A stretch of 63,095 nt of DNA, filler included, from Lenisia limosa (taxonomy: Eukaryota; Protista; Breviatea), in assembly GCA_001655205.1 (NCBI GenBank). It is 17 parts of 17 records of this genome, joined end to end, with 100 filler letters (N's around TTAATTAATTAA, not from the genome) between each part and the next. Parts side by side here need not be neighbours in the genome. Positions count along the whole stretch, not along the records: positions 47,668 to 59,007 come from LPNZ01003836.1; positions 59,108 to 60,681 come from LPNZ01007012.1; positions 60,782 to 63,095 come from LPNZ01011350.1; 14 more parts are not named here. One strand, given 5' to 3'. Under the pieces are notes generated by a model. It was not told where the DNA came from. It ran no database searches and saw only the letters and a program-made list of their open reading frames with translations. Both the position numbers and the translations under genes were made by a program. This document shows positions 53,658 through 63,095 of the stretch, piece by piece. The number at the start of each line of letters is the position of its first letter. Within the stretch, counting starts at the first letter, position 1.

Positions 53658-54727
53658 TTACATTTTCTCTTTGCAAGAGGGACAGTTCCACGAGCGCTGC
53701 GAGCATTCGAGGCAGACGTAAGCGCCACAATGGGTACAGCGGCGCATCTCAGAGGAGCAAGTGCAGATATCGTTGCAGCCAGGGCAAACACGAGTTGAAG
53801 GGGCGTTCTGCCATGTGGGGCGAGAGGGCTCTTCTAAAAGACATTAGAAGATGAACACTTTTATAAAATATCAATCAGTGCAACGATCCTCAGCTAACCG
53901 GGTTGCTTCTGAACAGTGATGCTTTCGGTGTTGGTGACCTCAGAATTAGTGGAGGCCTTGGGGCTAGAGGGACGGTCCTTGTGTTCGTTAAGGCACTTGC
54001 GGCACTTGTGGTTCTGAAGGGTCACATTGGGGGGAGGGGGGGCATTGGCACTGTCATATTTTCATTGATAAGAAACAAAGAGCAGGCAGCATACCCATGA
54101 GCAAGAATCCTCGGGGCACGCCCATCCGTCACAAATGGTGCAGCGGACAAGGTTGGAGAGATTGTCAAGGTCACCACAGGTAACGCAGCATCTATGAGGG
54201 TCACAGGTGGAACGCAGAAAGGACATATTTCAAAAAAATGAGACTACTAACCTTCCAACGGGACACTTCTGGATGTCGGTCGGGGTCTTAAGGGGGAGCT
54301 TCTTGCAAGGCTCAACATCAACAAGGCCTTCTTGAACGGGTGCTATCATGGAGTGTTGTTCACCACAAGGGTGGACCTGATGATTTGTTAAAACTACCCA
54401 TCAATACTCAAAAAAAATTCAATAATATTGAATGTGAAGGGCATAAAATGACAAATCAGAAGGATATTGAATTCAGATGAAGTGAATTGCCCACTCACAG
54501 AAGCACACTCAGAGTCGCCACAAAGCCAAACAAGGCATTTAGAGCAGCGGGTCATTGATGAAATGAGAGAAACATCACTGCAGACCTGTGAAAGTAAGAG
54601 GAGGGGAGAGAGCGAGTCTTGGGCAATGAATGTAAACGCTTCCGATGGATGTGCGCCCGCTTACCACGCAGGACTTCATGCAAGAAGCCTTCTGGACATG
54701 GATAGTGTTGTTACGAGGAGAAACCAT
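53658..54727 (-). CDS. Complete 6-exon, 220-aa protein with three Cys-rich zinc-finger repeats
   Basis: Exons 54727-54665, 54585-54499, 54376-54252, 54191-54095, 54013-53899 and 53833-53658. All are GT-AG and phase-compatible, totalling 663 nt. Confidence 0.8.
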
Positions 54728-55239
54728 TGTTGTTTTAGGGTGTTACTAAGAACAGGAAAACTGAGAATGTCAAACAAGTTTAATAAAGGTTTGAATGTGA
54801 ACTATTTAAATTTAAAGGATGAAAAAATTAGGGAATTCTTTACTTAAATAGAACTTCGAGAGAAGAATAGAACTTTCTTGACGAATCTTCCTTTGAGAAG
54901 AAATTCTTCTAGAAGGATGAAAAATATCAATACATATTGAGTGATTACCTAATATCTCCTTAGAATTATATTATTAATATAATTTCCAAATAATTACAAG
55001 CTTAATATTGACAGAGGGAAACTTATTACAGCATTTGTTCCTGGCAACCGTGATCCATTAATTTGTGCAAGACCATTGGCATTTTGTCCCTGTTTCTTTG
55101 ATTCTTTTTTAATGTTGTAGCTACATGTGTTATTAGGGGTTTTCAGTATCTATTTTTTTCAAAGGTACAGGGGTTTCTAGAACAAACTTTATGATCAGTT
55201 CATGATCAGAGTAACCTGAGTGTTTTCTTTATCTGCTTC

Positions 55240-56400
55240 ATCGATCTAGTGTTGTGCTGTTTACGAATGGAGTCACCACTGCCTCGTTAGGGCTTGCAAC
55301 TGTCTCTTTGAGCCATCACAAGCAAGGTACGCGACTTTATGCATATAATATGATATCATATTATCATATATCATTGATATATTATAGTATATGATATGAT
55401 ATACACACCTCTATAATAAATATACTATATCATATAAACACCTCTGGGCTTTATTCACTTTTGTAGCTACAAGCTGCAGCCTATGGAGCCACAACTTCTG
55501 AAATGGTATACCTGACATGGTTAACTGCAAATATAACCTTCAGTTAGAGTAAGTAATAGCTTGTGGCGTTGATTGTCACGCTCTTTCAACCTGGATTCAC
55601 AAGCCAAAGTGCGATACATGCTTATGGATATGGAATTGGCATTGGCGATCTTTGCTGGCGAGTTTTCTATTGTGGTATGGAAATTGTTTTGACGAGAATA
55701 GGGGAAATACTGAATAACAATTTAATGGGAAGGGTATTTCACCTCAAGGTCCATTCCTCTGAGCAACTAACAACCTCACATGAGCACTTCTCACCGCAAA
55801 CAAGGAGAGTTTGTTAAACTTGAATAATAAGTAAATATCTGTAGCAAAATAGTTTTTTTTTTGATAAAGTTGGTAATCCTAATCAAGTTGCTCATTACTT
55901 TTATAGTCATTGCTAGGTTAATAAATTTAGCCGAATATCAAACATAGTATCTCTTCTTTTCTAAGTAAAAGTTGTGTTGCTTTTTTTTTTTTTTTTTTAC
56001 CCTTTTCTNNNNNNNNNNNNNNNNNNNNNNNNNNNNNNNNNNNNNNNNNNNNNNNNNNNNNNNNNNNNNNNNNNNNNNNNNNNNNNNNAATAGTGTTTGC
56101 GTTTATACAATGGGCGCAAGTGATTGTGCACTTTACACATGGTAGGTACCAAGTTCATGATGTCAATCTTGGTTCAGTCAGATGTGGTGACCCTCTCACT
56201 GGGGTATGTTAAGCAAATAATTAAAGCAGTATTATTCTTTTTCCTGGTGGAGTGGACAATTCACATAATAGAGGATGGTCTTTAAACTCTCGTGTAATTG
56301 TATCAGGTACCTGTTATTCACAGCGGGTAGCGTTTTACTCTCGCACAAGTTCCTGATACCCTTGATGGGGGAGCCATCCATGAATATGTGGGATTAGCAT
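55240..56400 (+). CDS. Small multi-exon hydrophobic (membrane) protein, unknown
   Basis: Short exon-like hydrophobic segments: VLFTNGVTTASLGLATVSL; LVALIVTLFQPG; MELALAIFAGEFSIV; VFAFIQWAQVIVHF. Full model not resolved. Confidence 0.35.
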
Positions 56401-57021
56401 TACTCATCATATCATATAGCTATTTCTTATCACTATGTTGATTATTTTGACTATCATCATATGATATAATAAGTGGAGGTTTTTTCATGTCTTTGTTGGA
56501 ACCATTCGAACCTAAATATGTTGTCAGTGATGATGTCATAGACTCGTGTTTATGATGTGTACCTCACTGATGCCATAGACTCGTGTTTATGATGTGTACC
56601 TCACTGATGTGGAGTGCGAAACTTTAGCGAAGGGAAGCAAGGCGAATACTGAGGTTAGCGTGTAGTTGGAGACTTAAAATGGTAAAACTTTTTTAATCCT
56701 TTGCCTTTACAAATACAAGTAGCCTTTCTTAGCTACTTTCAACCCTTGCTCCCAAACTGCTCGTTGACAGATTTTTTAAAATACACAGTCAAACCAGTTT
56801 CACAGATGCGCTTTGTTAACTTGTTTTGTGTTTACCATCCAAATATTTTAATGTAGAATTTGACAGTATCCTCTCATGAAATACTAATTCATATGATAGT
56901 ATTTTAGTGTAATACCATTGTTGTTATTATTTTTTTTGTACTATTTAGAAACAAATATTAATCAACTATATTTGTTAGCATTAAATAAACTCAGAAACAT
57001 AAAACACAGAAATTAGCCTTC

Positions 57022-58742
57022 TCAGAAAGAGATAGCAAGAGGGTCCGTTGGGAGCAGTAGAAACTTCCTTAGGGCAAAGAAGACAAGTAATCCAAAAAAG
57101 AAAAATATTAACATTGACAATGTGTCACCTTCCTAAAGGTGTAAAATAACAATACCAGTGCCAACACAAAAATAACTATCAAAAAGATAAACAAGTAGTA
57201 CTCACCTGATAAGCAACAGTGACTTCTTTGGTTCGCGGCTCTTCATTTTCAACAGGCTCCTAGTTTTCATCAGCTGTGTCCCCAAAACAAACCTCATCTT
57301 CTTGTTGAGTTACTTTGGGAACAGCAGCGGGGCTCGGCGGCCGTGAATCTGTTGGTATTGATGAAGATTCATCTGAAATCATCAGCTATTACTCACTATA
57401 TTGTCAATTACCTGGAAATTCTGGGGATATTTCAGTTTTATGCTCAGATGTAATACTCCCAGAGTCTTTTGTCACCTCTTCTTCTTGAAGTTTCTCCTCT
57501 GTTGCTTCGATCTCTTCACACTCACCACTCCTTGAAATGTTGCTCTCAGTACTTTGTATTGTGGGATTGGGCTCCCCCTTTGTACTTTTGTCACCTTCAG
57601 CTTCTGAAGGCATTTGTGACTCGGGTCTACAATAATGGGAATGGGAGTCTTGGATCCGGATGATAATTAGAGAAGTACACAGAGGAGGAAACATAACGTG
57701 AATTCAAAAAGTTGAGGAAGACAATATACACGTTTAAATAGTTGTCAGTATTTGGTATGGATAAATAAACATTCTAACATAACTTGGTATTTCGATATTT
57801 GAATTAATCTTACTCTTCAGCAGATTTCATTTGCTTGAGATGACTTTCCATTGTCTGCTCACATATTTTGCAGCTCCATGTTACTATAAAGTCACCCGTT
57901 TGCCAATTATAAGTGGTAAATTTAATTACTATACTCACCACTCTTCTCAGCAAGTCGCTTTCTCTCATCATCAGGAAGGTCAAGTGCTCCAATAGCTCCC
58001 TCTCCAGGAGCGCTCATGTAAGTTCGTAGAGCCAATAACGCCGTACGTACTGTGAAGTAAATAAAGTCTGCTGAATATACCCCCCCTCTACCATCCCAAG
58101 CTGGTTGCCATGATTCAGGATGGTACGCTGACATGGAGACACAGATTTTTGTGTTTGTTTCAAACCGTCCACTTGGCTGAAATATCATGTGATAGGCATT
58201 GCAAATCAAATATTATCAATGCATATAATAATCACACACCTTATTTATGTTCACAAAGTTCAACATGATTATATTGTTGCAAAGAGATGAAAAATAAAAG
58301 TCACGAGTAAATAAATACCTACACAAACCAAATAACGGAACTTATTGCCCCTCTTACCGTCAAGAAAACAATATTAGGAGGTTTGAGAGGGTAGTCTGGA
58401 GGGAAGATAATACGGCCGTGATATATACCTTGAATGGTCAAGAGGAAACCGTGGCTCTGAGTCAAACCTTCTGCCATTGGAGAGTCTGGTGGACCCTTGA
58501 TGCTGAAGTGCCACTCAAACATATTGTCCTAAGGAAATAAGACCCCCCCCCCCACCGGACTAAATGGTTGAAAACATGAATAAAGCCCTTAACTTTAAAG
58601 CCAATCTCCATCCCCAGAAACTGTGACATCATCAAACCTGCGTTGGGTAGGCTACAATGCAATCGGATGGACTGGTTGAGAGCTGCTTGAATTCTTTCAT
58701 TAGCCGCTGGACACCTCTATGTCCAGGGTTGGACGGCACCAT
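57022..58742 (-). CDS. UBE2J1: ER-anchored ubiquitin-conjugating enzyme E2 J1 (Ubc6 class)
   Basis: [18 protein letters not shown]; [16 protein letters not shown]; [18 protein letters not shown]; [25 protein letters not shown]; EGAIGAL; C-terminal TM tail [18 protein letters not shown]. Confidence 0.93.
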
Positions 58743-59599
58743 GACTTAGAATCGACAGCTGAAGAAATACAGAGGTGATTCCAGTTGACAAAGTTAGATT
58801 CAACAATTTTTAAACGGCGTACAACGTAAAGAGCGTAAGAGCTTGGAAAGGGGCTGAGCTGGGCTGAGATCTGTGGCAAGGTGGCAAGGGTGGCAAGCGG
58901 TGGCACCACGCGCTGGCAAATCCATTCTCCTAACTAACCTGCGCCACGTGTGCGCGTAATACAAAACATGCAAATCAGTCAAATTTCGACTCCATGGTAA
59001 GCCCTGGNNNNNNNNNNNNNNNNNNNNNNNNNNNNNNNNNNNNNNNNNNNNTTAATTAATTAANNNNNNNNNNNNNNNNNNNNNNNNNNNNNNNNNNNNN
59101 NNNNNNNGTTTAGCCATGACACCAAAACTGCAGCCCACTACAATATTTCAGGTATGTCTTGGGGAGGAGGATGATTGAGTATGTGTAGGGCTTCCCTACT
59201 TTCCGAAAAAGACCGTCAAAATATCGATATTTATCGAGAATTTATCGAGACATTCAGTCTTTTTGGGATAGTAGGGAATCCTTATTTATGTGTTCCTAAT
59301 ACTCTTGGCTTGTTGAGACGCCTTGATACATTCCGTCTCTATCGACCCTTTTTGTTCCACTATTATTGGGTGAAGTAATATCTAATACTAGACTCCAGTA
59401 TCTCTGATAAGCGTGATGATGTGGACAGCTTCGGTCAGATACTGTAATCCAATATCTCTTATAAGCCTGATGGTGTGGACGGCTTCGGTCAGATACAACT
59501 GTTTTTTCGCTATCCCAGTAGTTCAGTAGCTCTATATATCTAGGTCTTCCCTTCGGGCGTCCGTAAATCTAGCCCTTTTCTTACTGTGAAGTCCTATCC

Positions 59600-60681
59600 A
59601 CTTTTTTTGGTGGGATTTTAACTTTCCAGGAGGAGCAGTTCTTCACCTTGTGTTGGCTCTTCGCGGCGGGTGTTAGATTCAGGGGTCTGATTCCATTGGT
59701 AATGTATAATAAAAACTGATCTAAGATCTTGAGAGGAGGGCTGTAGAATGATTCACTTTGAAGAACAATGATTCACTATAACCGATTTCAATTGTCCTCT
59801 AAGTTGAACATTCGGATTTGAGGTCCTAAATAAGGCTTCATGGCAGTGTACCCGGGGCTCTGCTTGGACGTGTCAAACTCGAGGGGAGACGGGCCCTACA
59901 GGATCTTCTCCAGGGGAGATGGAAAGATCTGGGAAGATGGGTATCCAGAGGTCCCGCCTCATATTTATCCAAAACCACTTTTCCCCGTCTCATTTCTGAG
60001 AAAAAGTACTCTGCAACGGATTTCCATGTTATAGTACCGTAAACTAATTTTGATTTCATGAAGTCTCAGTTTGGATAGGAAGGGACTTCAGTGTTGTTTC
60101 ATTCAATTATAATTCATTTCATGCTGATAATGGCTCTAAATTTCAATATAAGGAAGCGCCACACTACGTCGCATTGCTTGGGTTTCTCGTGAAAACGTTG
60201 GAATTCCCTTTTTTTTTTACATGGAATTTTATGGAAATTTGAAGAAATTTATGGGATTCCCAAATAATATANNNNNNNNNNNNNNNNNNNNNNNNNNNNN
60301 NNNNNNNNNNNNNNNNNNNNNNNNNNNNNNNNNNNNNNNNNNNNNNNNNNNNNNNNNNNNNNNNNNNNNNNNNNNNNNNNNNNNNNNNNNNNNNNNNNNN
60401 NNNNNNNNNNNNNNNNNNNNNNNNNNNNNNNNNNNNNNNNNNNNNNNNNNNNNNNNNNNNNNNNNNNNNNNNNNNNNNNNNNNNNNNNNNTAAATTCCAG
60501 ATCGATAATTTAGCTTTATTTCGAAATAAAAAAACACCCCTTCCCCATACCCAGATTTTGACAGCATAGAGGGGCTCTGCAGGGGGCTCTTCGCGGTACG
60601 ACCTCTTTTTTGGAGGTTGGACGAAGGCGACCGGGGCGAATCTGAGGCCCGGGCCGTGCTTGGACCAGAGGGAGTCATATA
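59600..60681 (-). CDS. Low-complexity Ser/Pro-rich exons of an unknown gene
   Basis: TPSGPSTARASDSPRSPSSNLQKRGRTAKSP and GPSPLEFDTSKQSPG, with plausible GT donors. Confidence 0.3.
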
Positions 60682-60931
60682 NNNNNNNNNNNNNNNNNNN
60701 NNNNNNNNNNNNNNNNNNNNNNNNNTTAATTAATTAANNNNNNNNNNNNNNNNNNNNNNNNNNNNNNNNNNNNNNNNNNNNGGGGGGGGGGGGGTAAAAT
60801 TGGAAAATTTATGAAACGAAAAAAACCGCAACTCTGTAAGACGAAGGAAATTAGGGTGAGAAGACAGGTATTATACGTATGATAGATTTATATTACATCT
60901 ACCCCGTTTTATTGTGGCTAGCACCACATAC

Positions 60932-62842
60932 CACGAGCTTGAGAGCGGAAAGGACTTGTTTCTCAGCCTCGCGATGGAGTCCGATGTTGTAGTAGGCCTT
61001 ACCTAGCATGAACTTCCACCACCAGTCTTTGTACCTGAAGAGAGGGGGGGGGGGAGTGAAATGAAGGAAACTTCGATGGTAAATCTANNNNNNNNNNNNN
61101 NNNNNNNNNNNNNNNNNNNNNNNNNNNNNNNNNNNNNNNNNNNNNNNNNNNNNNNNNNNNNNNNNNNNNNNNNNNNNNNNNNNNNNNNNNNNNNNNNNNN
61201 NNNNNNNNNNNNNNNNNNNNNNNNNNNNNNNNNNNNNNNNNNNNNNNNGAAAAGGAGGGTTAGCTGAAAAATGGAGGCTGTAATCGATATTTATTTATAG
61301 CAAACATGAACTTTCACCACCAATCCTTGTACCTGACAAGGAGGTTAAATCAAATTTTGAAGGTTTTTTTTTGGGTTATTGCCTTTTTGGAGTTAAAAAC
61401 ATAATATATTTGAGGAATATACATACATGTATACGGCTATTGTACACTGCCATATTGTCTACGTATTGCAATTTTCACTCATATAGCCTCTGCTAGTCAC
61501 ATTCCAGGCCATTTTTAGAATTTTCATGTCTGAACTGTTTATATGAAAAACTACCCTCAGCAAAAAAAAAAAAAAAAAAANNNNNNNNNNNNNNNNNNNN
61601 NNNNNNNNNNNNNNNNNNNNNNNNNNNNNNNNNNNNNNNNNNNNNNNNNNNNNNNNNNNNNNNNNNNNNNNNNNNNNNNNNNNNNNNNNNNNNNNNNNNN
61701 NNNNNNNNNNNNNNNNNNNNNNNNNNNNNNNNNNNNNNNNNNNNNNNNNNNNNNNNNNNNNNNNNNNNNNNNNNNNNNNNNNNNNNNNNNNNNNNNNNNN
61801 NNNNNNNNNNNNNNNNNNNNNNNNNNNNNNNNNNNNNNNNNNNNNNNNNNNNNNNNNNNNNNNNNNNNTTCGGTAACATACATACGAACAGGGTATACTC
61901 GAAGACTGCTCGGGCGACAGCCGGGGAGGAAATCACCTAGGCAAAATAAGCTTGGGGGAAGGCGGGAGTAAAACGAAGGAAATATTGATGAAGAATATTG
62001 GCGTAAAGGNNNNNNNNNNNNNNNNNNNNNNNNNNNNNNNNNNNNNNNNNNNNNNNNNNNNNNNNNNNNNNNNNNNNNNNNNNNNNNNNNNNNNNNNNNN
62101 NNNNNNNNNNNNNNNNNNNNNNNNNNNNNNNNNNNNNNNNNNNNNNNNNNNNNNNNNNNNNNNNNNNNNNNNNNNNNNNNNNNNNNNNNNNNNNNNNNNN
62201 NNNNNNNNNNNNNNNNNNNNNNNNNNNNNNNNNNNNNNNNNNNNNNNNNNNNNNNNNNNNNNNNNNNNNNNNNNNNNNNNNNNNNNNNNNNCTGAGGGAG
62301 GGATGAACGGGTGAAAAGGTTTAATAATAGCTGGGGATTCTTCCAAAAGACCGCGAAAATATCGATATTTATCGAGGATTTATCGAAGATTCATTCCTAT
62401 TTGGAACCGAAAGTAAAGCGATAGGACTCCCCCTCCCCCCTCACCTTAGCAAGAACCAGCCTTTCGGGGTCAATAAAGGCGTCACTCGAGCCCGAGGCCA
62501 TTATGGACGCCGTACCAACACGCACAAATCTACGAAAAAAACGTGAATTTAAACAACCTGGATATTAAACGCCGTACACACCCGCACAAATCTAGGACGT
62601 ATTATAGAATATAAATCTTGGCCCAAAATGGGCCAAAAGACCACTGTTATACCAAAGTTCAAACTAGGGCTCTGAAATTAATTGTTTGAGGAAATACGAA
62701 ATTAAGTCTAAAAAGAGGTTCTCGTTACAATATGTCCACTTCAAATTTTGAAAATATTTTTATCAACTAATTGCACGGAGCCCTAGTTCAACCCCCTACC
62801 TGCCGGACGACGTGACGGGACGAGAGGTTCCCGGCCGCATTC
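60932..62842 (-). CDS. TTC8: BBSome subunit BBS8/TTC8, partial
   Basis: RPGTSRPVTSSGR; VGTASIMASGSSDAFIDPERL; PAVARAVFEYTLF; YKDWWWKFMLGKAYYNIGLHREAEKQVLSALK, the diagnostic BBS8 segment. Confidence 0.9.
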
Positions 62843-63095
62843 NNNNNNNNNNNNNNNNNNNNNNNNNNNNNNNNNNNNNNNNNNNNNNNNNNNNNNNNNN
62901 NNNNNNNNNNNNNNNNNNNNNNNNNNNNNNNNNNNNNNNNNNNNNNNNNNNNNNNNNNNNNNNTAATCACGAACCGAATAATCTGAAATTCAATGGGGTT
63001 AAAACGAAGGAAATTGTACTGAAAAATTTCTGAAACAAAACTCTGTTGGCTAACAACACACGAGGGTTGATGGTAAAACGAAGGAAATTTCGATG

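Noticed and set aside
8048-60737. Perfect palindrome TTAATTAATTAA repeated 16 times
   Set aside because: It is always centred in an exactly 100-nt N gap and has stops in all six frames. This is an assembly or scaffolding spacer, not biology.
16028-62346. Long ORFs in the supplied track dominated by X
   Set aside because: They are artefacts of reading through N gaps.

Overview
Draft-assembly segment of an intron-rich unicellular eukaryote, probably flagellated since a BBS8 gene is present. It is not prokaryotic, and I saw no CRISPR array, rRNA or tRNA. Sixteen 100-nt gaps carry an artificial TTAATTAATTAA spacer, and several genes are cut off at them, so gene order across those gaps is unreliable. 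Spliced genes recognised by manual exon stitching: USO1/p115 (-), BEACH-family C-terminal WD40 fragment (+), a protein with bacterial-adhesin/Calx-beta-like repeats (-), a multi-TM fragment (+), an ankyrin-repeat protein (+), a Cu(I) P1B-ATPase (+) with a DKTGS phosphorylation motif, an MTMR9-like pseudophosphatase (-), M18 aspartyl aminopeptidase (-), an EML5/6-like HELP-WD protein (-), a gamma-tubulin complex protein with GCP6-like layout (-), a receptor-like TM-sensor-TM class I phosphodiesterase (+), an orphan 220-aa triple zinc-finger protein (-), UBE2J1/Ubc6 (-) and BBS8/TTC8 (-). Introns hold many tiny MITEs: hAT-type with 8-bp TSDs and Tc1/mariner-type with TA TSDs. The most striking pattern is a repeated ~70-130 nt module just upstream of 3' splice sites of unrelated genes, in gene-sense orientation wherever the host gene could be identified (introner-like). 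Exon coordinates were hand-read and may be off by a few bases.
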